Source of the DNA: Bacteroidia bacterium
GTDB taxonomy: Bacteria; Bacteroidota; Bacteroidia; NS11-12g; UBA9320
Assembly (NCBI GenBank): GCA_020053795.1
Contig: JAGVMN010000012.1
Location: forward strand, 11,347 to 75,346
Direction: 5' to 3'
DNA length: 64,000 nucleotides
Shown here: positions 1-9,938 of the stretch, in pieces
Layout of the letters: every line of letters starts with the position of its first letter
Position numbering within the stretch: position 1 is the stretch's first letter
Program-made: the position numbers and the translations under genes
Notes under the pieces: generated by a model
The model's input: only the letters and a program-made list of their open reading frames with translations
What the model was told of the DNA's origin: nothing
Database searches by the model: none

Positions 1-1116
1 GACTTTCAGCAACCCGATGATTCTTTCAGCAATGACAATTGCTATAATGTGATAGTTAACGATGTCAGGAATACCCCAGCAGGTGGTTTTAATGCTTTGA
101 TAGATGGATTTACAATATCCAGGTCATTTGGTGGCTCGGGGATGTTGAACATTGGGGCCAACCTTGTTATTCGCGATTGCTTATTTACGAAAAACAAATC
201 TGAATACGGTGGTGGCATGTATAACGAAAATGCAAACCCCACAATCATTGGATGCCACTTTAGAGAAAATATCGGTAACGGTGGAGGAATTTGTTCTCAT
301 CAAGGAAAGCTAAAAATTTACCGGAGTTTATTTATGGATAATAATGGCTTGGGTCTTGGTGGTGGCATATTGAATAAGTCCGGGGCCGTTAGCCAAATCG
401 AAAATTGTTGGTTTTATGCGAACATGGCTTCCTTAGGAGGAGCGATAGCAGACAACGGGTTTGACGGCATTACTCAAACAACAGTGGTGAATTGCACTGT
501 GAATGAGCATATTTTATTTGATGCCAGAGCATTTTATTGCAGCGACCAATCGGTCGTTAAAATAATGAATTGTATTGTGTGGGGAAATGGAAGCACTTCT
601 GGAAACAACATTTTTAAAGCTGTTTCTGGTGCATCTCTAAGCATTAGTTATAGCGATATTCAAGGGGGATACACCGGCACAGGCAATATAAACTCAGATC
701 CAATGTTTGCCCGCAATTCTGATGTCCACCTTAAATCGAACAGCCCATGTATTGACAAGGGAGAAACAACAGGAGCACCGTTGATAGATTTTGATGGAAA
801 CAATAGAGTGGTAAAACCTGATTTGGGTTGTTTTGAAAATGGTACCATTGCTGGCGTAAGGGAGAGTAACACAGAACAGTTTTTAGTATCCCCGAATCCC
901 TTCATAGATCAGGTATTTTTTGAATTCAAGGAACTGAATGTGGACCATGTTAGCGTGACAATATTTAATTCCCAAGGAAAGAAGATTCATACTCTTAATA
1001 TTAAATTAGAAAGAGGTATTGGCGAATTAGGTCATTTAAACCTTGCCAATGGTGTTTATATATTCGAAATTGAAGCGGGTGATAAGACTTATTTCCGGAA
1101 AATGACAGCTCAGTAA
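1..1116 (+). CDS. Right-handed beta-helix (PbH1) repeat protein with T9SS type-A C-terminal sorting domain; 5' end lies outside the window
   Basis: Frame 1 is open from base 1; the track start at 49 is an internal GTG. Repeated glycine-rich beta-helix rungs are present (GGGMYNENANPTIIGCHF, GGGICSHQG, GGGILNKSG, LGGAIADNG). The C-terminal tail FLVSPNPFIDQVFFEF...GVYIFEIEAGDKTYFRKM fits the Por/T9SS sorting pattern. Confidence 0.7.
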   Translation, partial: DFQQPDDSFSNDNCYNVIVNDVRNTPAGGFNALIDGFTISRSFGGSGMLNIGANLVIRDCLFTKNKSEYGGGMYNENANPTIIGCHFRENIGNGGGICSHQGKLKIYRSLFMDNNGLGLGGGILNKSGAVSQIENCWFYANMASLGGAIADNGFDGITQTTVVNCTVNEHILFDARAFYCSDQSVVKIMNCIVWGNGSTSGNNIFKAVSGASLSISYSDIQGGYTGTGNINSDPMFARNSDVHLKSNSPCIDKGETTGAPLIDFDGNNRVVKPDLGCFENGTIAGVRESNTEQFLVSPNPFIDQVFFEFKELNVDHVSVTIFNSQGKKIHTLNIKLERGIGELGHLNLANGVYIFEIEAGDKTYFRKMTAQ

Positions 1117-1223
1117 TTATTTTTACAGTGATTAAATGAACCCCATTCACACAATCAATTTTGATATAACAAACAATTAGTTCGAATCATTTTCAGCTAA
1201 CTTTGCCGTATATCAAAAATGAT

Positions 1224-2303
1224 ATGGCAGTAAAACCAGACGGTCATCCGGCAGTTGAAAAATTCTCCTCTCTTAAAATCCTCCAGATCACCACTTTGCT
1301 TTGCGTGCTGCTTTATTTCGGAAGAGCGGTTTTAATTCCCCTCAGTTTTTCATTGCTCATCAGTTTTATTCTTTATCCGGTGTGCAAATGGCTCGAAAAA
1401 AAGGGAATTCATGAGAAGCTTGCTATTTTTATTTCTATTTCTTTTCTGACCATTCTGATGGGTGCTCTGGTTTATTTGCTGTTCACCATGTTCATGGCCT
1501 TCTCTCATGAGTGGCAGGCATTGAGGATAAAACTACAGGAAACGGTATCGCAGTTGAGTATTTTTCTTGCCGAACAAACAGATTTCAGCAACGAAAGACA
1601 ACTGACCTTTTTCAGGAACGCCATTGACAATTCAGGTTCTCAGTTTGTTTCGTTCATGCAAAGCATCATATATTCTTTTACGGAAACCGCGTTATTCCTT
1701 TTCATCGTACCGGTTTTTGCCGCCCTCATTTTATATGAACGCCGGATGCTGGTGAAGGTCTTATACATGCTTTTGCCTGCAAACAAAAGGGAAACGCTTC
1801 ATGAGATTTTGGTCGAAACCATTCATGCCTATTATAATTTCGTTAAAGGCATGATGCTGGTCTATATTATAGTGGGAATGCTGAACAGCATCGGTCTGGC
1901 CATTCTGGGAATTCCCCATCCGTTCCTGTTCGGGTTTATTGCATCTGTTCTGACCTTCATCCCCTATTTCGGAATTATGATCGCCTCGCTTTTACCTATA
2001 ACGATTGCCTGGATCACCTATAATTCCATTTGGTATCCCTTAGGGGTGGTTTTGGTTTTCGGAATTGTACAGATGCTTGAGGCCAATGTCATTTTCCCAT
2101 TTGCGGTGAGCAGTCGCTTGAAAATAAACACCCTTGTTGTCCTCATTGTCATTATTGCCGGAGGCATACTTTGGGGCGGGGCCGGAATGATATTGTTCAT
2201 TCCTTTTCTGGGCATTCTGAAACTGGTAGCAGACAGAACAGCAAGTCTGAAAGCACTCTCGATGCTTCTTGGTGATGGAAGTTTGAGCAAGGCAAAGAAA
2301 TAG
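1224..2303 (+). CDS. AI-2E family transporter (PerM/UPF0118-like permease)
   Basis: Polytopic membrane protein. The conserved C-terminal core is MLEANVIFPFAVSSRLKINTLVVLIVIIAGGILWGGAGMILFIPFLGILK. The track ORF opens at TTG 1203; the first ATG is at 1224. Confidence 0.75.
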   Translation: MAVKPDGHPAVEKFSSLKILQITTLLCVLLYFGRAVLIPLSFSLLISFILYPVCKWLEKKGIHEKLAIFISISFLTILMGALVYLLFTMFMAFSHEWQALRIKLQETVSQLSIFLAEQTDFSNERQLTFFRNAIDNSGSQFVSFMQSIIYSFTETALFLFIVPVFAALILYERRMLVKVLYMLLPANKRETLHEILVETIHAYYNFVKGMMLVYIIVGMLNSIGLAILGIPHPFLFGFIASVLTFIPYFGIMIASLLPITIAWITYNSIWYPLGVVLVFGIVQMLEANVIFPFAVSSRLKINTLVVLIVIIAGGILWGGAGMILFIPFLGILKLVADRTASLKALSMLLGDGSLSKAKK

Positions 2304-2424
2304 TCAGGCAAATCAAATGTCTTTTCTATTCTCTATCCCAACTACCGGGCATCGGCAGTGATCGGCCACTTCGTGAGAATTTTAATGGTCATAGCGATTT
2401 TTCCCTTATTTTTGATCCATACCA

Positions 2425-3138
2425 ATGAACGCCCAAACCTTTCAAATGACTTGTAACAGAACCATCGCTGTGGTTTTGATTTTGATATTCGTTCCTTTGC
2501 TTGTTATGGGCATCGTTGTTCCAATCACGCTGATTTACGGAACAGAATGGTCCGATGCCGTTTTACTTACCGTGATTTTTGCGGCCATGGCTGTTGCCAT
2601 CCTTCTCACTCTTTGGGCAGTAAAGAATATTGGATCAGTTCCATGCACGGTTACGATTGATGAAGCAGGAATTGAAATCTTGTTGGGAAGAAGCACCCTG
2701 ATCTTCCCGCATAAAATTTTGCTTTCCAGGTGGTCGTCGTTGGCGGCGGTGAGTTCAGACTTTGAACCAAAGAATGACAAGAGATTCTACAAGGTACAAT
2801 TCAGAGAACCGAGGTTCACCCTATATCTTACCCCATCTGAAAAAGTCAGCGGGCCCGATGAAGAAACAGCATTCGGGGCGTTGATGATGGGTTATGTTGA
2901 AGAAACAAACAGAACGGCAGGTGATCGGAGTGAGGAACCCATTGAAACCAAAGGCTTCTATCAGGGGAAATGGGCCAGAATTATTGCCTGGATGATGTGG
3001 ATTTTCACAGGGGTCATCTTTATCGGACTATTGGTTTTCCCTGAAAAAATGGATTACCGGAAAGTGGCACAATTCAGTATTGCCGCCGGGGCATATCTGA
3101 CAGCTTATTATATTGGAATCAGAAGGAAAAAAAGATGA
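2425..3138 (+). CDS. Hypothetical membrane protein (2 N-terminal and 2 C-terminal TM helices)
   Basis: 237-aa ORF with clear hydrophobic helices (IAVVLILIFVPLLVMGIVVPITLIY; AVLLTVIFAAMAVAILLTLWAV; IIAWMMWIFTGVIFIGLLVF). No family was recognised. Confidence 0.45.
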   Translation: MNAQTFQMTCNRTIAVVLILIFVPLLVMGIVVPITLIYGTEWSDAVLLTVIFAAMAVAILLTLWAVKNIGSVPCTVTIDEAGIEILLGRSTLIFPHKILLSRWSSLAAVSSDFEPKNDKRFYKVQFREPRFTLYLTPSEKVSGPDEETAFGALMMGYVEETNRTAGDRSEEPIETKGFYQGKWARIIAWMMWIFTGVIFIGLLVFPEKMDYRKVAQFSIAAGAYLTAYYIGIRRKKR

Positions 3139-3158
3139 GGCCATATCGTCGGCCACAA

Positions 3159-3431
3159 TAACTCACAAAGTCTGAGTCTTATCAAACACCAATACATCCT
3201 CCACAGGTTTTCTCAAAGATTTGGTCATTTCCTCTGACTCGTGCAACCGGAACAAAAAGATTTCTCCCGGGTACTTGTTAATCCCAAAGACTTCTTCATG
3301 CAGCACCCTTATTTCCGATAAGACTTTGATCATGTCGACACTCAGTCCTTCGTTGTTGCCTTTGACCAAACGGGCAAAAAGAAAGATGGCGGCAGACATA
3401 GGCTGTATGGCAAATTCAAGTTCGGCACATT
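3159..3431 (-). pseudogene. Orphan duplicated 3' fragment of the ThiF/nitroreductase gene (copy of 7268-7540)
   Basis: Aligns without gaps to 7268-7540 (offset 4109), with about 17 mismatches in 273 nt by my count. The 78-aa ORF at 3163-3399 differs from the last 78 aa of the 782-aa protein at 3 residues. No upstream part of the gene is present. Confidence 0.85.
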
Positions 3432-3664
3432 ATGCCTTTGGTTTGAGTTTTTCTCAAACCAATACAAAGACAACAACTCGTTATTTTTGTTCAAATAGCA
3501 GATGTTTTTGAAAAACAATAACATTTGGTAAATACTTCCTTTATAGAAAAATCAAATGTTTTAATAAGATGTACAATCATTAAAGCAGATTTGTAAAAGA
3601 GAAGAAATTCACAAATTATACAAATGTTGCATAAAGTTGAATCCAACAAAAGTAATTTCGAAAC

Positions 3665-5128
3665 CTAAAACCTATACCCCAAATACCAACCAATACCAAG
3701 TTGAGAGAAACGGCTGACGTACTTTGCAAAGTTCGACCCCAATTGTTTGCTACCAAAGAAGTTGGCTCCAAATTGCAAATGTGGCGACAATTGATAGCCG
3801 GCATTGAATTGGGTTAATGGATTGACTGTAAATCGCTTTAGTTTTTGCTCGCTATCCCCGATTGCAGTTAGTCCGTCAAGTTTCGAATTGATCAAAAATT
3901 CCTCTGCCTTGTAAAGCCACTGAAATTCCGCTCCTACTCTTACGGAAAACCGAAGCCTCTTATAGGGATATTCAAAACGGGCCTGTATTGGAATTTGAAA
4001 CCAACGAAAAGTATTCTTGTCTGCCTGCCCTTTAATAAAAGACTCCTCCGAGTGTATGGCTGTCGTGTCTTGGTATTCTTTTATCAAAGAAACCGAAGTT
4101 CCATTAGGCCGGATATCAAAATTGGGTTCTATCATTGAGTAACGAGTTTCTGTTTCATATCGCACATCCGGAGCCATGTAACCAGTTTTAAGCGAAGCCT
4201 GACTGTAACCTATTCCAGTTAGTAATCCAAAATCTCCTTTATGAATAATAACATTCACAACATAACTGCTTGCTTCATTCTCCTTTTCATATTGTCTTCG
4301 GAATTTTAATTCTGAGGCAGATAATCCTGAAATGTCGTTTTTTAATTTCATGGAGTACTTTCCATCCAATTCAATGCTAATATTAAATTTCCTTTTGTTA
4401 TTAGGTTTGAAGGTTTGAAACTGATTTGATGAAATTACATGATGATTCATAACTTTGAAAAAAGAATGAATACCTTTTGGGAAAAGTTTTATCAAGGTGA
4501 ATTCACCTTCAATATCTGCCCGCGTAGGTTCTTTTGCCCTAAATTTCGAATAATTTGGTTGATCTACCGATGGCGATACTTCTGTTTTTAACAGACCCTT
4601 GCTTACTTTTGGTACCTGAACAGACTTCTCTTTGTTTTGATTTAGATCTAAAAATGAATTTCTCCTTTTGTGTCTATCAGTTGATTCAGTTTTGTCCACG
4701 TTGCTTTGACCTGTCCGATACTTAATTCCATGTTTGTTTAAATTCATTTTTGAGTGGTCTTTCACTTCGTTATTATTCCTTTCAGAGTTAATACCCGTTG
4801 CAATGGTTCCTGCTTCTTTATTTAGGCGTGTTTCATCCTTAGCAAGGATTTGGGTCTTATAGGACAATACCGAAACCGGTTCGTTTGTTGAATCTGAACC
4901 CGAATGAAGGTATAAGGCAATGGCACCAGTGGCTACAAATCCTATGATGGCTGATATTATCAGCATGTTCTTTTGAAACGGAATGATTGCAATATCCTTT
5001 TCGACCGATGCCCACAAGGTGGGATCGTACTCAAAGTGTTCCTCGGTTTTTTCCATGAACAGCTTGTCTATGGGATGTTCATCTTGATTTTTCAAAGCGA
5101 ATCGAATTAGTTCTATTGTGCTCTTCAT
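3665..5128 (-). CDS. Putative anti-sigma factor: short cytoplasmic N-terminus, one TM helix, C-terminal outer-membrane beta-barrel-like domain
   Basis: Sits immediately downstream of, and overlapping, the ECF sigma gene. TM helix MLIISAIIGFVATGAIALYL. The C-terminus shows alternating beta-strand patterns and ends in ...GIGWYLGYRF, an aromatic terminal residue typical of OM barrels. An alternative start is the Met at 5056. Confidence 0.5.
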   Translation of the reverse strand: MKSTIELIRFALKNQDEHPIDKLFMEKTEEHFEYDPTLWASVEKDIAIIPFQKNMLIISAIIGFVATGAIALYLHSGSDSTNEPVSVLSYKTQILAKDETRLNKEAGTIATGINSERNNNEVKDHSKMNLNKHGIKYRTGQSNVDKTESTDRHKRRNSFLDLNQNKEKSVQVPKVSKGLLKTEVSPSVDQPNYSKFRAKEPTRADIEGEFTLIKLFPKGIHSFFKVMNHHVISSNQFQTFKPNNKRKFNISIELDGKYSMKLKNDISGLSASELKFRRQYEKENEASSYVVNVIIHKGDFGLLTGIGYSQASLKTGYMAPDVRYETETRYSMIEPNFDIRPNGTSVSLIKEYQDTTAIHSEESFIKGQADKNTFRWFQIPIQARFEYPYKRLRFSVRVGAEFQWLYKAEEFLINSKLDGLTAIGDSEQKLKRFTVNPLTQFNAGYQLSPHLQFGANFFGSKQLGSNFAKYVSRFSQLGIGWYLGYRF

Positions 5129-5654
5129 CTAACATTTGTTGTAACCTGACCCTTGCCTCATGCAGATACCATTTCGAGGTTCCTTCACTCATGTCCAGCA
5201 TCTCACCAATTTCGCGGTGGTTAAAACCATCAATGGCATATAAATTAAAGACCTTTTGACTCACCTGTGGCAGTGCTTGTAACATCTTGTGCAAGTCCTT
5301 TGCTGCTAAAGAAGTTTGAGAATCCAAAGCAGTTCTTACATTTTCGAATTTGTTCAGGTCGCCATTAAAAGAAATTATACTGTGGAGGCTTTTTGATTTT
5401 CTGAACTCATCGGTCAAATGGTTCAAGGCAATCGTTTTTACCCAAGGCAACAATGGTTTATCCAAATCGTATGTGATTAGGTTGCTGATTATTTTAAGGA
5501 AGATGGCATTCACGGCACCTCCCGCCTCATCATAATTGCGGTTGTATCGGATGCAAATATTCATGAGATAGCTAAACAACAGTTTGTACAATTGATTGCA
5601 GGCACGGCGATTCCCATTGGTACAATTTCTGATGAGTATAGCATCTATCTGCAT
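5079..5654 (-). CDS. RNA polymerase ECF-type sigma-70 family factor
   Basis: Region 2-like segment (CNQLYKLLFSYLMNICIRYNRNYDEAGGAVNAIFLKI...LLPWVKTIALNHLTDEFRK). Region 4 HTH segment (QKVFNLYAIDGFNHREIGEMLDMSEGTSKWYLHEARVRLQ). Confidence 0.85.
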   Translation of the reverse strand: MQIDAILIRNCTNGNRRACNQLYKLLFSYLMNICIRYNRNYDEAGGAVNAIFLKIISNLITYDLDKPLLPWVKTIALNHLTDEFRKSKSLHSIISFNGDLNKFENVRTALDSQTSLAAKDLHKMLQALPQVSQKVFNLYAIDGFNHREIGEMLDMSEGTSKWYLHEARVRLQQMLDEEHNRTNSIRFEKSR

Positions 5655-5722
5655 TTATTTATTGCCCTAATGCATAAAAACCCGATATTTTAAATACCGG
5701 GTTTTGCAAATCTTAGCAGAAA

Positions 5723-7093
5723 TTATCGTCTCACAAATTTGATATAATCAATACCAGTTTTGCCGGTTAACTTCAGGAAATACAATCCCGGTTGCAAGGT
5801 GCCGGTCCTAATAACTGATGTAAACATTGCCGTATTAATTATTTCATCGGAACGAAACACAATTTGTCCACTTGAATTAATGACTTCTATTTTAATGAAG
5901 TTTGGTTCTGAGTTCTCAAATGAAATAAACAATTCATCTGTCACTGGATTTGGATATATCTTCAATTTCAAACTGCTTATAACATCAATACCGACCTTAT
6001 CTTCATCTATGACAATTATTTCAAACCCTCCTGTTTTCATCAACTTGCCCGATGAATCCAACCCGAGTGAATCGCAATAAGTTGCAGTACAAGTACGACC
6101 TAAGTAACTGTCTGTAATGGTTAGGCAAACCAAATACCTACCAAAAGTTTTGTAACTGTGCGTTGGATTTCTCTGAGCAGAGGATGTACCATCTCCGAAA
6201 TCCCAGTAATAAGTTGTCAAGGGATTTTTGTTGGATTTATTGATCAGAAAAAGTTTGAATTTCTTGGACGTGTCAATGGCTACTGTAAAATAAGCTTTGC
6301 AAGTCGAATTGGATCCAACGTAAACTTGCCTACAGGTAGTAGAGGAATCTGTTGATGAACAATATACTGTAAGGCAAACATTATAATTCGTATTTACGTT
6401 GGTATAAACATGTACACCATTAGCAGATGTGCTTCCACTGCTGTCCCCAAAATCCCATTTCACGTTTAGTGGATAGTACGAAGATTGAAATACCATTGAA
6501 TCGCCTTTAACCGAATAGGTAAAAGTCGAGTAACAAGGTTTGGTTACTACAACAGCATGACAGGTGGAATCTGTACAATTGTTGACGGTATCTGTAATTT
6601 TCAGACAAGCAGTATAAGTACCTGTAGATGGGAAAGTGTATGTCACAATATTTGCCCCGGAACTGAGTTTATTGCCCGCAATGGTCCACTCGTGGATGAT
6701 GCCAAAAAAACCCGAATTGCTCTGAAAAGAATATTTGAGATAATTGGTATCAGGCCATTCCGTAAACCCTGCTCTGCATCCGGAACTCGTAAGCGAGATT
6801 ATCATGCAAACGGTATCGCCGCATCGGGTAACCGAATCAAAAATAGATAGACAAACCGTGTAAGGCCCTACTCCGTTATATTTATGAATTGGGTTTTGTT
6901 TGTTGCTGGAAGTTCCATCTCCGAAAATCCATGTCCAGTCCGTAACCCTGCTACCGGAAGTAGAACTATCATAGAAATCAACAGTCATAGTTGACGGATC
7001 AACATAATAAGAAAAGTTCGCCTTGCATTGAGCTTTTGCGAATTGGCTGCCGAAAACAGCCATCAGAAGAATGAGTACGTTTTTTGTTTTCAT
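5723..7093 (-). CDS. PKD-repeat surface protein with T9SS type-A C-terminal sorting domain
   Basis: Signal peptide MKTKNVLILLMAVFGSQFAKA. Repeated PKD signatures (WIFGDGTSSNKQNPIHKYNGVGPYTVCL; WDFGDSSGSTSANGVHVY; WDFGDGTSSAQRNPTHSYKTFGRYLVCL). C-terminal tail KIYPNPVTDELFISF...GLYFLKLTGKTGIDYIKFVRR. Confidence 0.85.
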   Translation of the reverse strand: MKTKNVLILLMAVFGSQFAKAQCKANFSYYVDPSTMTVDFYDSSTSGSRVTDWTWIFGDGTSSNKQNPIHKYNGVGPYTVCLSIFDSVTRCGDTVCMIISLTSSGCRAGFTEWPDTNYLKYSFQSNSGFFGIIHEWTIAGNKLSSGANIVTYTFPSTGTYTACLKITDTVNNCTDSTCHAVVVTKPCYSTFTYSVKGDSMVFQSSYYPLNVKWDFGDSSGSTSANGVHVYTNVNTNYNVCLTVYCSSTDSSTTCRQVYVGSNSTCKAYFTVAIDTSKKFKLFLINKSNKNPLTTYYWDFGDGTSSAQRNPTHSYKTFGRYLVCLTITDSYLGRTCTATYCDSLGLDSSGKLMKTGGFEIIVIDEDKVGIDVISSLKLKIYPNPVTDELFISFENSEPNFIKIEVINSSGQIVFRSDEIINTAMFTSVIRTGTLQPGLYFLKLTGKTGIDYIKFVRR

Positions 7094-7271
7094 AATATAA
7101 GTTATTTACCCTCGATACGAAGATAAAACGAAAAGAGTTGGTTGACCTTCTAAATTTTATCGTCAGCCGTTAAAAAAAATACTTACGCCATACTGGGTTT
7201 CATATAAAGAATAAGAATTGCTTCTCAGGTCAACTGAGATTTAGTCAAGTTGTCAAAAAAACAAATTTAAC

Positions 7272-9620
7272 TCACGAAGTCTGAGTCTTATCAAACACCA
7301 ATACATCCTCCACAGGTTTTCTCAAAGATTTGGTCATTTCCTCCGACTCGTGCAACCGGAACAAAAAGATTTCTCCCGGGTCTTTATTAATGCCAAAAAC
7401 TTCTTCATGGAGAACCCTTATTTCTGATAAGACCTTTATCATGTCGTCACTCAGTCCTTCGTTGTTGCCTTTGACCAAACGGGCAAAAAGAAAGATAGCG
7501 GCAGACATAGGCTGTATGGCAATGTCAAGTTCAGCACATTTGATCCAGATGCGTTGCATGGCTTTTCCGCCGTTCAAAAAATCGAGGCGACTGTAAGATG
7601 GCATGGTGAGCAATCCCACCGCCGATGAGTGGTCAATGCATTTTTTGCCCAGCTTTTCGAATGCCCCGCCGCCACCCCAGCGAATGAGATTTTTGACCAC
7701 GGACCATTTGCGGGCCAGATTGAAACCCGCTAATTCAGTGTTTGTAACGTCAACCGTTCGCATGTCAATACCCGTTCTCGAACGAATGGCATCTTCGGTT
7801 TTCCATTTTATTTCGTTGTAAAACTCGCGGTGGCTGGTTTCATTGGTCAATAAGGTTCTTTCGGATTTGCCGATGATTTTGGCAATGGTCTCCAGTTCCT
7901 CATCGGAACTTTTGATGATGAGTTTGGCTCCGGGAATTTCCGAAGCAACTTTTTTCAGGGCATCATATTTCCATTCAGGAATTTTAACCCTTTTGCTCAC
8001 TCTTCTGTTGGTGGCCCTTTGATCAAGGAACGGGTAATATTGCTGATGCCAGGTTTTTTTAGCCCCGCGGATATCATCCGATAATTTTCTGAAGAATATT
8101 TTGGCGATGAGTAATTGGTCTTCTTCCGGATACAGTTTAACTTCTGTTTCCAAACCAAGAGTATAGGCCTCCAATTCGAGATTTTCAATAGCGGCTCCCA
8201 ATCCGATATAGGCCCCCCGGTGGCGAAAATCGAGGTATTGGGTAGATGCATCCACTTCATGAACGAGGTATAGAATTCCCGATCGGTAAATCCATTTCCA
8301 GGGTTGGTTGTTTCCGCCGGACGGTGCTTTAATAGCTGTTGAAACAAGGGATGTAATTTCGGTTTCGGAAGGTATGTGAAATCCATCCGGCAATTTTTCA
8401 GATGAACCTATAATAGCATGGTAATTTCTGGTAGCGGCAAGTTCGACCGGGGACTGTTCGGCAGAAGTGTTTTCTTCTAATGAAGTATCTATTTTAGAGC
8501 TGCCATCTGCAACCAGATCAGCAATATCGACAATGTATCTGCCAGATTCCCTGTATTGATCGAGCAACATTCTTCGGCAAATGTCAGCAGTCATGCCACC
8601 ACCATAAGTTACCGCAGAAGCCAATTGTGGCCAGGTATTCACCGTCTGGGTTATTTCAAGCAAAGACGAACGCATCCGGTCAGATAAGTTTCCCAGACCA
8701 ACAATCTGCATCATAAAAGGCATTTTCTCTTCATTGGTTCTGGCGGCTTTGGCTTTTTGAGGATCCATATCATGCAACAGCCCGTGTAAAATTGGTCTCT
8801 CCGGTTCCAGATCAAACCGCTCCACATCTATAGTGCCCCGCTCGCTGGCCTCCATCAAAACTGGTACGCGATGAAATTTAGCCCTTTCGCGACAGGCAAT
8901 TTTGATGTCTAATCCATCACATTCGTCTATCAGAACATCCAGTTTCCCGCCATCAAGAATAAAGGAATCGAGGTTAGCTTCAGTAATGCCCTCATGAAAA
9001 CAAACGACTGTTAAGAATGGATCAATCTCGGCAATTTCCCGGGCCACAGCCACGACCTTTGTAATTCCCAGATTATGTAACCCGGTTCTTATCCTGTTCA
9101 GGTTGGTGAGTTCCAAAATGTCGTTATCTGCAATCCTCAGTTCCCCGACGATCCGTTCGAGGGCTAAAGTGGTAGAGACCGAACTGCCTACCGACAGGCC
9201 AATGACGCCCACTTTTTTTGTTGCCAGTAGTTTTTGCTCATCGGTGGTTATCTTGTTCTTGTTGCGGTTGGTTCTGGCTTCAATGAATTCCCTTTCATCA
9301 AGTATGTGAATGAGTTTATTTGACCAAGGATAGAAAACCCAAACGCCGTATTCTTCAATGGGGGTGTCCTTTAGATGAATCTTTACAGCATCATCAAGAA
9401 TCTGCTTTGGAAATGGCCTGTCAGGGTTCAGAGATTTAACCAATTCCTCTAACTGACCAATCATTTCATCATGAACACACAGGTGCTTATTATCTTGAAT
9501 TAATCGCAGTAACTTTTCTTTTTCCGACGGGTTCGACAGTTTGAAAAATTCCGGAACATGAACCTGTTTTATTTTGTCAGATTCGCTCCTTAACGCATTT
9601 AGACCATGTATTTTTTCCAT
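7272..9620 (-). CDS. ThiF/E1-like adenylyltransferase domain fused to a nitroreductase-fold domain (Rv1355c/MoeY-like architecture)
   Basis: The N-terminal half has a ThiF/MoeB-type dinucleotide loop and following strand (KKVGVIGLSVGSSVSTTLALERIVGELRIADNDILELTNLNRI). The C-terminal third has the nitroreductase-type signature APSGGNNQPWKW. Confidence 0.7.
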   Translation of the reverse strand: MEKIHGLNALRSESDKIKQVHVPEFFKLSNPSEKEKLLRLIQDNKHLCVHDEMIGQLEELVKSLNPDRPFPKQILDDAVKIHLKDTPIEEYGVWVFYPWSNKLIHILDEREFIEARTNRNKNKITTDEQKLLATKKVGVIGLSVGSSVSTTLALERIVGELRIADNDILELTNLNRIRTGLHNLGITKVVAVAREIAEIDPFLTVVCFHEGITEANLDSFILDGGKLDVLIDECDGLDIKIACRERAKFHRVPVLMEASERGTIDVERFDLEPERPILHGLLHDMDPQKAKAARTNEEKMPFMMQIVGLGNLSDRMRSSLLEITQTVNTWPQLASAVTYGGGMTADICRRMLLDQYRESGRYIVDIADLVADGSSKIDTSLEENTSAEQSPVELAATRNYHAIIGSSEKLPDGFHIPSETEITSLVSTAIKAPSGGNNQPWKWIYRSGILYLVHEVDASTQYLDFRHRGAYIGLGAAIENLELEAYTLGLETEVKLYPEEDQLLIAKIFFRKLSDDIRGAKKTWHQQYYPFLDQRATNRRVSKRVKIPEWKYDALKKVASEIPGAKLIIKSSDEELETIAKIIGKSERTLLTNETSHREFYNEIKWKTEDAIRSRTGIDMRTVDVTNTELAGFNLARKWSVVKNLIRWGGGGAFEKLGKKCIDHSSAVGLLTMPSYSRLDFLNGGKAMQRIWIKCAELDIAIQPMSAAIFLFARLVKGNNEGLSDDMIKVLSEIRVLHEEVFGINKDPGEIFLFRLHESEEMTKSLRKPVEDVLVFDKTQTS

Positions 9621-9938
9621 GCAAAATCATTTTTTCTTTTTCAGCGGAACTATAACTGGGAGTATGGTCATTCGGGGTGCAAACATACTGCTGTATGGTC
9701 AGGCCGTAAGAATCCTCACCGGAAAGATATTCACAAGTGATGGAAGAAAGTGAACAGAAACGGAGACCAGCTTAGTCCCTTAAAAGTAAAATTTAACCAT
9801 TTCAGCAGTAAATAAATTTAACCCGATTATTTTGGTATGATAACCGTTTTTCTTACATTTAGAGAACTGGTAATTATCACTTCACCAAATACGGTCAACC
9901 GACATTTCCGGATATGGCCTGTCTGGCATGGTGCAATG

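Noticed and set aside
3221-3511. Plus-strand ORFs at 3221-3511 and 7330-7596 with nearly identical N-termini
   Set aside because: They are antisense read-throughs of the two copies of the 273-bp repeat. Their similarity is a by-product of the duplication, not evidence for a gene.
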